DNA of 64,000 nucleotides. It comes from Lophium mytilinum. Taxonomy: Eukaryota. Location: positions 1,631,464 through 1,695,463 of the forward strand of contig MU004192.1 in assembly GCA_010093605.1 (NCBI GenBank), written 5' to 3'. Shown in pieces: positions 49,867-62,858 of this stretch (position 1 is its first letter; every line of letters starts with the position of its first letter). Under the pieces are notes generated by a model. It worked only from the letters and a program-made list of their open reading frames with translations, was not told where the DNA came from and did not search any database. A program made the translations under genes and the position numbers.

Positions 49867-51519
49867 ATGACGTACATTGACCTAGGTAGTCGTGTCTCAA
49901 CACCCTCGACAGAAAACTTAAGAGACCCATTGTCATCCTCCCTGCTACCAGACAGCGATAGCAAGCTTCCGCAATTCGACATTGCACTGGGCACGCGACG
50001 ACTCTGCTTTATCGGGCTCGCTTTCTCATATCTCCTCTCGCTAGGTCTCATCATCGGCGGCTCATGGCTGCTTGGAACAAAAGGAGGCGAAAGTGACGAC
50101 CCAATATGGATCACTATTGATGCGTTAAACTCTAGTGCCGTCATCGAGACTCTCACGCTCATCTTCAATGCCTCCGTGACAGTAATCACAGAGTGCCTGG
50201 GATACATCCACGCCACGTCACTTCGGTGGGCTTTATACCACGAGGGCCGCCTCCACCACAATTCCAACATTCGCCTGCTCACCAGTTCCCGGAACTCAAC
50301 TCCCAACGCGTGGTACATGAACGCGGTCTGGGCTATCCTACTAGTGATGGCTCAGAGCTGCGCCTCGCAAGTGCTTGTGAGAATCAGTGTCAGTGCCAGT
50401 GACTACGCTCTCTTCGGCGCTCTCGTCGGCGGCATTGTCGACGGCATGAACGGCGTCAACGACCTCGCCATGCTCCTCCTCGGTTTATGCCTCTTCCTCC
50501 TCTGCCTCCTCTCAACATGGTCTCTCCACCCCACACACCGCGCTCAAATCATATCCTGGAGCCCTGATCCACTCAACAACGCCCTCGCCCTCCACCACGC
50601 CACTCCCAACACCCTCGCAACCCCCGACCTCCCTTCCAGCCTTCCCAAGCGCCGCCAGCTCTCTTCCAGCTCCACCAGCGGCAGCATCACCGCTACTGTC
50701 GTATACCTTTGGTCAGTCGCGATCGCGTGCACCGTCGGCGCCATAGCTTGGTACACGTACATCAAGCGCTACCCCGAGTCCAACAGGACAGACAATGGCG
50801 TAACGAGCATCTTGCTGATCCCAGATTATTTCGATTCCAGCTCCGGTACCTTGGCGGCCGTGAACATATTCTTCCTCGCCGGCATGCAGGTTTTGTATGC
50901 GCTCGCGCTGCACTCAACCGAGCAGCTCGTTAACTTCTCGCGCGACGAGGCGGCATGGCGGCGTGCCGCCTCCACAAAGGGTGCCGTTGTCGGCGGTGGG
51001 TCGCTGTTTAAGGTCTTCACATCTTGGGAGGCGCTGCTACTGCTAGCGATGAAGCCGCTGAGTCATTGGATATTCGGATTAACCATCTCGACTTTTGGGG
51101 AGTACGGAGTGGAATTCTCGGTGTATGCTTTTCTGGGGCTCACGGCGATGGCAATTGTGTTGGCGATGTTTGGAACATTCCTGGCGTACAGGAGGCCGAA
51201 AGGGCCACAGCCGGCGCTTTATGGGCACTTGAGGGGATTGAGGCAGCTAGTAGACGAGTGGGGGAAAGGAGCGGGTGGAAGGATTTATTGGGGTGATAAG
51301 GGGGAGATTGAGGGGCAGGGTGGGATGAGGTTGGCGGGCACGTCGCCATCCCCCGGGGGTGTGATGCCAATTAGCTTTGCTGGGAGGGAGTATCGGGGGT
51401 TGGTGCCGGATATAGAGCTACGAGAACGGCGGGGGTGGTCTTTACCGCGGAGTTTTACAAGGATATTCAGAAGGGGGATGTCTGAGAAGGAGAAGGGTGA
51501 GCAAGAGGGGTTAGCGTGA
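49867..51519 (+). CDS. Multi-pass membrane protein of unknown function
   Basis: 550-aa ORF with about 8 hydrophobic segments and motifs GYIHATSLRWAL..EGRL..NSN.RL and GPQPALYGHL..YWGDKG. Confidence 0.8.
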   Translation: MTYIDLGSRVSTPSTENLRDPLSSSLLPDSDSKLPQFDIALGTRRLCFIGLAFSYLLSLGLIIGGSWLLGTKGGESDDPIWITIDALNSSAVIETLTLIFNASVTVITECLGYIHATSLRWALYHEGRLHHNSNIRLLTSSRNSTPNAWYMNAVWAILLVMAQSCASQVLVRISVSASDYALFGALVGGIVDGMNGVNDLAMLLLGLCLFLLCLLSTWSLHPTHRAQIISWSPDPLNNALALHHATPNTLATPDLPSSLPKRRQLSSSSTSGSITATVVYLWSVAIACTVGAIAWYTYIKRYPESNRTDNGVTSILLIPDYFDSSSGTLAAVNIFFLAGMQVLYALALHSTEQLVNFSRDEAAWRRAASTKGAVVGGGSLFKVFTSWEALLLLAMKPLSHWIFGLTISTFGEYGVEFSVYAFLGLTAMAIVLAMFGTFLAYRRPKGPQPALYGHLRGLRQLVDEWGKGAGGRIYWGDKGEIEGQGGMRLAGTSPSPGGVMPISFAGREYRGLVPDIELRERRGWSLPRSFTRIFRRGMSEKEKGEQEGLA

Positions 51520-51848
51520 GGATGTGAAGGGTTTCGTACTCTTAGACAATTTGCATCAATGAGACTCTGATGTTGTATTTGTATAATCCTGCTAGACTGT
51601 ACAATCGGAACTCAAGATCAGGACTCCACGCTTGAAGCGTTGTCCAGATCAAACAGCCTCCAGTGCACATGGGAGCATAAGGGTTGCCCAGTCACTCTGT
51701 TTCTGTATGATGCATGGAAGGATCGACACTCCAATTCGTAGCCCAAATTGACAAGCTCGCTTTATCTCTGACAATGTACCTGGATAGACGTTCAGAGACT
51801 CGTCGGAATGGCAGACCCGGCGGAGTCGGTTCTGCTGCTACTTTAACG

Positions 51849-53689
51849 TCAAAGCTCCTTCCAACCTTCGCCTTCCCGCCACTTCTTCCACTGCTCCGCC
51901 TTCCACGACGACTGACATTCCCGCACATACTTCCTGCGCACATTCCACTTCAGCCCATCCTGACCTGGGGTGTACAGCGTGATCTCGTCCCGATACATAT
52001 CCCAAAACTCGGAGAACTGCTCGGTGATTGCATCATCTTTCCGCGAGGACGACTCCAGAGCGAACTTAACATCAAGAAACAATTTGACAGTTTGTGACCG
52101 AATGTGCGACTGGAGCCCGGAAAACGGGCAGGGCACTTCGCGGGGGAACTTCTTCAAAACGTGTTCGGAACGAGCTTGGTCATACACGACCTGAGCGGGG
52201 ATCAGGTCCAATCTGTTGAGCTTGAGTGCGTGGTGAAGCCAGAAGTGTAGTCGACGGTAGGTATCCTGGTAGCCCCACCCACTCGGCTTTCCGTAAGCGA
52301 GGAAATTGCCGATGCCGAAATTCGTCTTCTCAAGGAAACACTCGAGCGGAGTATTTCCAGATATATCTCGCGCTGTGGGATCAGCCCCCGCCTCCATCAA
52401 CAGTGCCGGGTATGGTATAATGCCGTAAGCGCGCTTCCAGGAGTCCTTTGCTTCCATGACAATGTGGAGCGCCGTTTTCCCTTTGCGGTTTAGGACGTTC
52501 AGGTCCTCGCAGAGAGATAGCAGAAGTGCGAAACCGTTCGGACTCATCAGGCTGAAGTTTTTTGCGGGATGGGCGACAACCTTATGGATCGGATAGTCTT
52601 TTTCCACATACGGGATGTTGGGGTTGGCGCCGTGCTGTAGGAGTATTTCTGCAATCATTCGTCGGTCGACTATATGGCCTTGGCCCAGAGCTTCAAGGGT
52701 GCGGTTGAGTGGACTGATGGAATCGCCTGCTTGTCCGTCGTTCGGATCCATCCCTGCCTCGAGTAATGTCTTGACCATAGGGAGGTGGAAGTTGTCCACT
52801 GCGTGGCACAGAATGTTCCCGGCGTCGGAAGCCCAGCTGAGATCCACCCCATTGTTGATCAGGACCGTGAGTAGCCTTGGCGATTGCGCTCTGAACACAT
52901 GTGGGACCGGGGAAGCCAGAACGGCTTGTGTTGAAGTATCGTATGGCCACCGTATGTTGGAATTTGACAGGTGCATAGGATTCGCTCCTAACTCGAGCAG
53001 CAACTCGAGCTTTCAGCCATTAGTCTATCCTTTGAAGTCAGCGCAGCAGTTGAGAGACTCACAGTTTCGATCTCCCGGCTTCCCACTTCGTAACAGTTAT
53101 CCCATATGCGATCACGATCAGGACACGCCCCAAAACCCCAAACTTTGTCATCGGTTTCGCCTTGTATGCCGAAATAGCCCAACCAATACTGAAGCAAGTC
53201 TGTCACCTGACTACTCAGAATGTTGCGGTCTTTCGCTAGCCGCTGTGCGTGTTGCAATAGTGAGAGAAGGGTATCAGTGTAATAGTCTGAATCGGAGGAG
53301 TCTGCAGATTCCATGATTTCGATGAGCCATGGAATGGCTTGCCAGTATCCATTCTCCGACTTGCCGCTGGCATTGTGATCTAGCAGGTACTGGGTAAGGC
53401 GTCGATTTTGCTGACGCATTGCCCATATCATAGCCGGAAATGGTTCACAATCGCAGGCATCCGGCCAAGTCTCCCTGCTAGCGACAAAGACTGTTGGAAA
53501 TCGATGACGAACCCACCTGTTGCCGCTGCGTTCGCAGTCGGTCCTGTCCCGAACAGCGCGTTTATGCAACTCCGGCTGCAGGAACACATGGATTTCGGAG
53601 TGAGTTCGAATGAGGTTGTTGAGATCGGAGTCCAGGAGCAATTTCGAGATCTCCAATAGGATCTCGTTTGGGATTGTATGCAGCGCCAT
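51849..53689 (-). CDS. F-box-like + ankyrin-repeat protein, copy 1; exons 53689-53063, 53009-51849
   Basis: N-terminal LHTIPNEILLEISKLL..DLNNLIRT (F-box-like); ankyrin repeats (LLEAGMDPN, LLQHGANPN, GKTALH, GNTPL). Phase-0 intron restores frame. Confidence 0.85.
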
Positions 53690-54722
53690 CGCTGAGAATA
53701 CGCTTACCCGATGAATTCGGTTGTGGTGATAGGGAACGAGAGGAAATTCAGTGGTTAATTACCTTTAGTTTCAAACTGTTGAGTGAGCCTCTATCAGCCT
53801 CTGCCGAGAGCGACAGTGAGGTAGCACTTGAACTCTAGTGAGTCGTGGGCGAGATGAAGTGAAGAGTGAGGTCTTGTTGATGTTGATGAACAGCCCGCTG
53901 ACTCATCCAAACTAGTCTATATTAGGCTAGCTCCTGTGCACGTGCCTCGTCATTCCAGACCTCATTGACAGACCACAAGTCTAGGCACACTGGTACCCCA
54001 CTGCTTGGGGTACCCCCACCGGGTTTCTAAGACTTAAGGGCAATATCAGGTTTCAGGCAGTGCGAATTAGACTACCTCTTACCTAATTACCTGTTCAGCA
54101 ACCAGGCTCCTCCTAACAGTGATGTTGAGCGGGCAAGTTGGAGCCGAGCTGTGATGAGCCCATGCGCCCAGACTTCTGGCCCAGGACCGTAGTAGTTGAA
54201 GAAGTCTATTTGAAATATTAAATCCCGCGCATGTGCAACACTAAGGAGTGAAGTACTAAGAGAAACCTTGAAGCAAACTAGTTATAGAGATAACCTTTGT
54301 GGTCTTTCTAGTCATAGAGTTCGATAAACTAGTAGATTGATAGGTGACACTTTTAGGGTACGTATTCTCAGTGGAGCTTGAAAGAACTTGTTGCCGTTTG
54401 TGAGTGCTTATTACACAAAAAGCCTCAGGACCTTGTTGAATGCAGGCCATGGCGTGTGTTGCTAGGTAGAACGCGAAACTATGTACATTGAGAGCCCCTG
54501 TTGGCTACTAGCATTGATTGCTGCAGGTAATTGTCATAATCCAACAGACTTTAGGTATCTCTGTAATCTTTCAATTCTGCTCTATAGCATTTCGATAAAG
54601 CTTGGGTAATCCTGAGTCTATGTAAACCCAGCTTGCACATTGGATGGAGGAACCCTAGCTTCTCTATCCGCAGATGGCCCTGCAGCCCTGGGGTGTTAAT
54701 ATCCGGGCCACTCCTCTTTCAG

Positions 54723-56457
54723 CTACTCCTGCCCATCCCGCCACACCTGCCACTCCCGAGCCGTCCAGGCTGGCCAGTCCGCCCACGCCCTCTCCCAGTT
54801 TTCCTGATCAAGCCGTGAAATTGTATCCAACTCCTCATACTCCGGCGGAGTCAAAATATCGTGTTTATGCTTTTCCCAGAAAGCGCGGAACTTCAACCCC
54901 ATCGGTCCTCCCTTCCATGGAAATGACTCAAAAGCGTACATAACGTCAAGGAAGGCCTTCACTGTCGACGAATCGACGTGCTCCCGTTGATGGGCATCCG
55001 GGGGCCAGACCGTTTCTTCAATATGCTTTCCCAGGACGTGCTCCGCATATGTTTGCTCGTATACGATCCGAGCGGGCAATAGATCCAGTCGATTGAGTTT
55101 GAGTGCGTAGTTGGTCATAAAATGAAGGCGCTCGTAGACGTGAGGCATAGAGCCCGTACAGCTGCCGACGCCGAAGGTGGATGTTCCAAGAGCGCACTGG
55201 AAGGGAGTGCGTCCAGACGAGTCGGGCAAGTCCAGGTTCGCCCCCGCGTCCATCAAGATCTTCGCGCACCACAGCGAGTTGTCTTCGCAAAAGGCGTTCT
55301 TTCCGTGTTGCCCCATGACAATATGCAGTGCGGTCTCGCCTTTGCCGTTCTGTACGTTGACGTTGCTGCAACGGCTTACGAGAAGCTGGAAGTATTCCTT
55401 GTTCATTGGCAGATAGGTTTCGTCGATTTCGGTAACCGCTACATGGATTGGGTACTCCTTGCCGTGAAGCGGTGTATCGGGATTGGCGCCATATTGAAGA
55501 AGCAGCTCTACGAGCTTGGCTTGCGCCCTCTCTTCCTCATACTCGTCGCTTATCCCATGAATACTAGTGAATGCCTCGTAAAGCGGGGGGAACATCTCTA
55601 CCTGTCCGCTATCGTTGGGATCCATACCAGCTTTCAGCAGCGCCTCAACCACGGGAAAGGGAAGCCTTCCGACAGCATACTGGAGGACGTTCTCAGTCCC
55701 TGAAGAAGACCATTTCAGATTTGCCCCGTATCTGATGAATAATGCAAGAATTTCGGGCGAAGAGACCCGGAAAAGGTTAGGTATTTTAGGAAATGACTCG
55801 AACACGATTGAATGAAAAACTATATCATATGACAGTGCCATGGGATCTGCCCCCAATTGAAGTAGCATTTCGACCTGTAACCTATCAGCAATCGTCTTTT
55901 GGAGATCTTGAAGCTACTCGGTGACATACCATCTCAATATAGCTCTGCTCAACCGTCCCTTGGGTACAGAATTTTTCCTCCCTTGTCAGTCGCAAATGCT
56001 CACCCATGAGATGATTCAGAGAATTTGTCAGGAGTGTTGTGAGCTGACCACCAAGGACTTTACTGTTCTTCCCCGACTGGTGTACATGTTCCAAGAGAAT
56101 GAGAATACTGCCAAGGTAGTGATGGGGATAAACCCCGACCGTTTCGATGACGGGCCAATATCCATCTACCGTCATCCCATCAAGATTGTGGCGTAATAGG
56201 TATTGCAATAGATGACCGTTTTGGTGTCTCAATGCCCAGTGCATCGAGGAGTCTTGGCAGCCATCAGCATATGCTCCGTTGTAGTGACCAGAGTCTAGAC
56301 TGATTAGGGACCGGTCCTTCACCGCGCGCTGGTGCAGCTCAGGGTGTAGGAAATCGTAAATGTTCCGATGCGCTTGGGCAAGGTTGTTGAGGTCGGAATC
56401 CTTGAGCCACTTGAAAACCTCCAAGAGGATCTCATTGGGAACCGTGTGGAGCGCCAT
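54723..56457 (-). CDS. F-box-like + ankyrin-repeat protein, copy 2; exons 56457-55930, 55874-54723
   Basis: MALHTVPNEILLEVFKWL..DLNNL; ankyrin repeats (LLKAGMDPN, LLQYGANPD, GETALH, GRTPF). Same intron position as copy 1. Confidence 0.85.
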
Positions 56458-57490
56458 TCTCGTGGTGGGGCGGTGAGGTGTTGAGGACGGAGCAATTTAT
56501 GAAGGTTTGGTGCTTAAGCTTTCTCTTTGGCGAGAGGTAGGCCGGCCCTGGCCATAGACGCTGGTGAATGGGATGCGAGTGTGGAGAGCCGCCTCCTCCT
56601 CTCTAGCACCTTCAACCTCGTAGCCCTCCTCACGCGTTATGCCAGCTTGTCCATCCTGTATCCTGGATAGCTTCCTTCTTCGGAACACTTGTAGCTCCTT
56701 TTCCTTTCGTAAATCGACAGCGTCATGCTTTCATTCAAGTAATTCCCCTAGGCCTGACTTCTTATTGACGCACGAGGTAGGCTTGGCTTGCAATTACCAT
56801 CGTGCGTGCACCCGTGTCGCCATCCCCACTCTGGGCCTTAAGAAACGGAGAAGCAAGAACAATGATGCGTGGACCGTCTGGTGTTTTATGGGAGGAGTGT
56901 GATGGTTCAAGTAAGCAAGTTCGGGAAGAGTGGATCCAGGTGGGATACAAGAAATGGACCCCTTGCAAGCCCTAGCCGCGGCGGTGCAGGGGGTGGGGGT
57001 GAGACGCACGATGGGTGACATCTGACGTGTGTCGATCAGGAAATCCCTGCTGGGTTTGAGGAGATGATCTTCGGAGGAGTTGGGAAGGTGTTTGCAATTT
57101 ATGAGGGGGTTTGAAGCAGTCACGTGGCCGATTAAGTTGATCAATGGGAGGGAAGGTAAAATGTGAACAAGAAGAAAGTATATTGGATATCATGTCAAGA
57201 TCGCTGACCGCCAGACTAAAAAAAAGCACATGGTCTCGTAAATGCCAACACACATCCTGCACGCCGCCCTATTCCACACAGGCTGTTAAGAAGCCACGAA
57301 AACACCCAAACTCCTCCCTATTTCGCACAGGTGGAAATCCAACTCAAGCACCCAGACTCCTCCCTATTTTGCATAGGTGGGGAACTCACTCCAGTACCCA
57401 GACGCCTCGTGAATGCGCTGCAATAACGCTAAGCTCAGTAATATCGGCAACATAGAAAAACAGCAGCAATGGCCAACTCCTTCATCCGCT

Positions 57491-58611
57491 TTATGCCTTC
57501 TTCTCCTCATCTTCGTGCTTGTCTTGAGTGACCGATATGCGCGTCGTCTGCAGGATCGCATCTTTCCCATACGGCGCGAGCTTCAGGCTTTCCGCGCCCG
57601 ACGAACTCCGGCGCACGCTGGGCGGGGCCACGATATTGATCTCGCTTGTGTTGGAGTAGGTGTTGAGGCGCACATCATGGCGCGGGGTCGATCTCCACCG
57701 GCTCTCCCCCTCCTTCTTGCTGGCGCCATGATCGGGAAGCGAGTGCGAGCCGTACGTGTTGTTTCCGCGGACCGACTGCACGAGGCGGTTGAGGATGGAG
57801 AATTCGACGCGCAGCTTGACGCCGTACACGCAAGGCTTGAACGCGGACTGGACATAGAAAAAGTGCGAGTAGGAGAGGCCGAGGAGGGCGATGTCGAGGC
57901 ACACGACGAGCAAGTTCGTGAGGATGAGGTGCTGCATGACGGTGCGTACCATTTTGTCGGTCTGGCCGAGGGTTGCGCGGTTCTCCAGCACCCGCCGCGT
58001 TTCAATGATGTATAATACGGAGATGATGGTTTCCTGCACGAAGAAGACGGTGACTTGGACCTTATCCCAGACTTTGTTCGCGGCGAGGAGTTTGGCGTCG
58101 CCGGAGCCTTGCGAGGCGATGCCGAGACCCATTGTGGGCAGGGCGATGCAGGTGGCGGTGAAGCAAATCATATAGAGGACGTAGCGGTGGATGTTGGGGT
58201 TGGCGATGACCAGGTGGAGTCGCGAGTAGAGCACGACGGACTGCGGAATCACCATCATGAACCAGCTGATGTAGATCAGGGTCAGGCCGGCGTAGGGGTT
58301 TGTGACTTGGTCGAAGTCTACGAGGACCTGATGAATGGTGAGCTCGGCGCATTTCAATGTGCGTGTAGGCGTCGAGTGTTGTCCCAATGCGCCGGGAAAT
58401 TGAAGAAATTGGGAATTACCATGAACAGCGGCTGCGTCATGACGCCCCATGAGGCCACACAACACGCCCAGAAATAGAGACCCTTCTTGCGCAGAAAGGC
58501 AAACCATAGCCGTATGTTCAGCTCGACGCACAGGTACCAGGCCACGCCCATGAAGGCGGCCATGGTCATGGCGGTAGGCAGGTCAGCCTTGAGATCTTCG
58601 GCAACGCCCAT
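57491..58611 (-). CDS. Fungal integral membrane protein (~7 TM, receptor-like); exons 58611-58420, 58327-57491
   Basis: GLYFW, W..MVIPQSVVLYSRLHLV, QVTVFFVQETIIS..YI, YGVKLRVEFSILNRL; about 7 hydrophobic segments. Phase-0 intron 58419-58328. Confidence 0.85.
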
Positions 58612-59057
58612 GGTGGTGGTGGGTGTGGGGACTGTCTTAGATGTCGGGGAGGCGGAGAGGCGGAGGGGATCTCCACGCGTGGTGGGTGGGACGACAGTGG
58701 GCAGGAGGCAGCGGGCGTGGCATAAGTTATGTGATGTCGAGGTTGCACAGACTGGTGGCGCCCATGTTCCGAACGGTGAGCGATCGTTGACAGTGCTGGG
58801 AGCGCAGAGGAGAGGAGCAGCGGCTGGGATGCGGCATTTTGGTTTAGCAGCGCGGATCGGGGCCCTGTTTGGCAGCTCTGTTATCTTGGCTCGCAGTTCC
58901 TGGGACAGCCGGGGGCTCTCGCTGGCCACCTCAGCCGAGGGAGAAAACAGGCTCGCTATCTGGGGGCATCCGAGTCGGTTTTCGAGGACGGCCCCTGATT
59001 GGGTACCAGCCGCCCCTGGCCCGGGGTAGGTCCCGCTGTAACCGGACAATAGTCTAT

Positions 59058-59644
59058 GATGCCTGCGAAATACCCCTGTACGATCCACGATGCCTGCGAA
59101 ATATCACACGGACGTTAGTGGCTTTGCTCCAAGCTGAAAATAGCCGTAGCTCCAACCGGCCATGTCTATGCAATATTTTGAAGGCATGCACAACTCACGT
59201 AGAGGTGCCTGTAAGGTGCAAGATAGAGGCAGAGAGGGCGGGTAATAGGAGAAGATAAGGAGTTGAGCACGTGTATGGCACGTGCTTATAGTGTTGGCAG
59301 AGCAACTACACTATAACATAACATTTAGCCGGCCCTAATCCTCTTCTCTCTCTTACACACCTTGCCAGCGCACAAGAACGATACCCAACCAAGGTTGGGT
59401 GCCTTTTGCGTATATTTTCGGACGTTTACTTTATTGCCTTGGGGTTATGTGCTAGTCCAACATCCTTTACCGAGCAGCTCCTTATTGCTGTCTAGAGCTA
59501 GGTAAGGTAAGTTGTGCATGCCTGCGAAACGCTGTATAGATGTCGTTGTCCACCGCTCCAACTATTTCTGGCTTGGAGCGAGGACTACGGCGTCCGGGTG
59601 GCGTTTTTAGGCATCGTAGATTACAGGGGCCTATTCGCAGGCAT
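59058..59644. promoter_or_regulatory. Four copies of ATGCCTGCGAA in a divergent intergenic region
   Basis: Forward at 59059, 59090, 59518 and reverse complement at 59634-59644. Function is inferred only. Confidence 0.45.
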
Positions 59645-59745
59645 TATAGACTATTGTCCGCTGTAACCTTAGAGGAAAACCCCCCGGGCGGGATGTGGAC
59701 CTTAATTCGTTGGCAGGCGCGGGACATAGCCGCTAAGGTAAAGGG

Positions 59746-59821
59746 CTTGTACCTCCAGAGCTTAGCGAATCATTTAGGGGTGAGGTACTTGTACTTCTAG
59801 AGCTTAGCGAATCATTTAGGG
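59746..59821. repeat. 34-bp direct repeat, 42-bp period
   Basis: CTTGTACCTCCAGAGCTTAGCGAATCATTTAGGG and CTTGTACTTCTAGAGCTTAGCGAATCATTTAGGG, differing by two C>T changes. Confidence 0.85.
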
Positions 59822-60402
59822 CTCCTGCGGGAGCCAGGACCCGACGGGGATCACGGATCGCGCGTGGGGGAAATGCAGGCCTCCCTTTTCGAGTGCGCGG
59901 GTCCGGAGACGTCCACAAGCATCTTGAATCGTGAACCGTTCCCTTTATCTGCCTGGGCAGTGCTGGCGTCGTCACAGCGTTCATCGTGGCGTGATAGTGC
60001 AGATATTGAGGACTCTGCTGAACAATTTCACAGCCGTCATGAAGAAAGTGGTGTAGAGTGCAATTCTTCAATGGACTGCTATTTTTTGCCATGTCGTGCA
60101 ACGATGAGTGGCGCTGAGTGAGCTGTAAATCGCATGCACCACGCCGCTTGCGCAATATGACAACCCCATGCAGTAATCGCGGTCGGTTAGGTAAAGCCTG
60201 CCCGCCTCCCCGGGTCCCAGCCACCGCAAATGAGCTTCTGCCGCCCTCTCAAATACCACCTTGTGCGCCCCAGCAATCGGGGCCCGACACCCTCCTGCTT
60301 GCTGCTCTCACCTGCACCGCGTCAAATCTGCCCAATTGTGCTTTTCCCCAGCCTAGCATCGCCCCAGATCGTCCTATATAGCCCCCCTCGTGTGTAGCAG
60401 CT

Positions 60403-61047
60403 ATGTTTCACCTCCCCCTGCTCGCCCGCCTCACGGCCCTGCTGGCTCTGGCAACGGTCGCTCCCGTTATCAATGCCGCCCCAGCCAACGTCGAGGATCA
60501 TGCCCTCGCCCTGGCTGAGAGAGGCGCTCCCGTTGGTTACGCGGGGAACACCCACCACTACACCGCCGCCGATGTCGTGAAGAAGCTCGGCCTCGTCTCA
60601 AACCCGGAGAAGGGCTACTACGCCCAGACCTTTGAGGACTCCCTCCAGTTCAACGCCACCCGCTCCGCCAGCACCGCCATCTACTACCTTATCGAGGGCA
60701 AAGTCGGCTGGTCCTACTGGCACCGCATCGATGCCGCCGAGGTTTGGCACTACTACGCCGGAGCCCCGCTGGCCCTCGAGCTGTCCTACAACAACGGCAC
60801 CAAGACGGTGAAGAAGACGCTGGGCCCGGACATCTTCCACAGCCAGGCACCGCAGGTCGTCATCGACCACTGGCAGTGGCAGCATTGCAAGAGCCTAGGC
60901 GAGTGGACGCTGGTTGGCACGACGGGTACGTACTTTTAATCTCTCGGGGCTTATTCTTGTAGACTAACACAGGTCGCAGTTGCACCGGGATTCAGCCCCA
61001 ACGAGTATGAGATCGAGGATGGAAGCTGGCAGCCGAGGAGCAAATAG
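60403..61047 (+). CDS. Secreted DUF985 (Cupin_5, Cff1/YML079W-like) cupin; exons 60403-60925, 60980-61047
   Basis: Signal peptide MFHLPLLARLTALLALATVAPVINA; LGLVSNPEKGYY, STAIYYL, WHRIDAAEVWHYYAG, PQVVI..WQ, TLVGTT-VAPGF after splicing. Confidence 0.88.
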
Positions 61048-62858
61048 ATTGCTTGACGCAGGGTAATGCTTCTTCGTGCGTCTCGGTGTATGACGGTACG
61101 CTTTCGATGGGACGGGAGTCCCGTACCGCAATCCATGAGCAGGGCACTATGCTACGTGTCTAGTGGTGTTGCTGACTCCTTATTCTCTTTAATTGAAGCG
61201 ATGATAGCATCAGATGACGAACCGGTCGCTATCCTATCTGCATTGAATGGCGATCATCACCTGCATTAGACCGCGATCACTATTGCATTCAACAATCTCA
61301 GAAGCATGGCGGAAAAGTAACTTTCGACTGTAAATACTCCGACAATTCAAACTCCTGGCATTGGCTATATGCCTACCGATCACGACCTCATCTCCAAGTT
61401 GCTCTCCGAATCGCTCATTATCTCATGTATCACTGGCCATCACTCAATCTGCTACTCCCCGAAGTCTATATTTCCTTTCTCCGCCGCTGTGCCGTGCAAC
61501 CCACTCCTTTTCCATAATCCCCAAAGCTTCTCAAGACGTGGGCCTCGGGTGGCCTCGCGGAAGATCCACTCAACAGAAGGTCCTAAACGTGATAACAGCT
61601 AACAGTATGATACGGCATTGCTTCTATATGAACGCGATGTCCATAACTCGTAAGTCGGTCACATGATCCGCCACGTGTGCCAACGGGCAAACCAAACACC
61701 TTTTCCGTAACCTCATCCCAACCACTACTGAATTTTCTCATCTTCTATCACTCACCCCAAACTCACAACTACTGCACTACCTCTCTGCTTTTTCATAATC
61801 AAGTCCTCCCGCACCTTCCCATCCCCAGTCCTCTTCGTCGCCTTCGCCGCCCTCGCCGCCACCGGACCCAACTGCTCCCCTCCCTGCTCATGAATCTCAC
61901 AAAGATCCCTCTTTCCCCTCGGTTTCCCCCTCGTACCAAAGTTGCCGCCAACATGAGCAAAACGCCTGCGGTAGTGACTCTTCAGCGCCACGGGCTGCTC
62001 GTCATCAATCGAAGACTCAATATTATTGCTTTGCTCCTGCCCCAGTGAAGCATTGTAGCGTTGATTTCGCGATTTTTGGCCGTGGGGTCGATGGAAGCGA
62101 GAATGGCAATTTGGGTCTTTGGGTCTTGTATCAGCTCATTCCTTGGAACTAATGAGTAGTCGTTGCGAGGATGCGGTTGCTTGCTATCTCGCTAACGTAT
62201 GCGGGATGGTTTGTGCATAGATGGTGTGACCTCGTAGTGGGAACCTTGGTGAGTTTGGCAAACGAGATGACAAGCGTTGTTAGATTTGTGGCGTATTTAA
62301 GATTTAGGGTTCGGATCTATCTCTTGATGTTGTATCCTGCGGTGATAGACTGGACTTCACTACGTCACAGGTACTCTCTTCAAAAGCCTTCGGGCATATA
62401 TACTAATCCCGCCGATACTAAGGAAATGAAGAAGGGAGGGAGAGATTCAGAGGAAGTCAAGACTCCGAGGACCACTCGTTGCACATGGGTACGGTAGGGA
62501 TCGTCGAGGCCCGCCCTCATCGCCGTGGCAATCCAAGTTGGTAAGAAAAAAGAAGACCGACTCATAAGCCAGAGCAGCCTCCCCTGATCCCTCGGAATGG
62601 GAAGCCGGTGTTCTCAAGGCAACACGTGTGCAGGGCCATATGAGTGAATGTTGTGTGTTGTCAAGAGGCCGTCAACACTCGAATCTAGAACCGTCGACAT
62701 CCCTTGCCAGGCTTGAGCCGCTTGCCACGGACGTCGCGTATAAAAACGTCCTCGAACCCAGGACCGACCTCCAGGAAACTTGTCCTCAAATCAGTATTTT
62801 CACCATCGCCACCACCACCAATACCTCCGCAAATCACATTCCCCTCGATACTCTACCA

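Noticed and set aside
53992..54014. 9-bp perfect inverted repeat GGTACCCCA-N5-TGGGGTACC
   Set aside because: A single short hairpin, not seen upstream of the paralogues; could be chance.
61677..62565. Short overlapping ORFs that might be a gene or transposase relic
   Set aside because: No recognisable motifs or terminal repeats.
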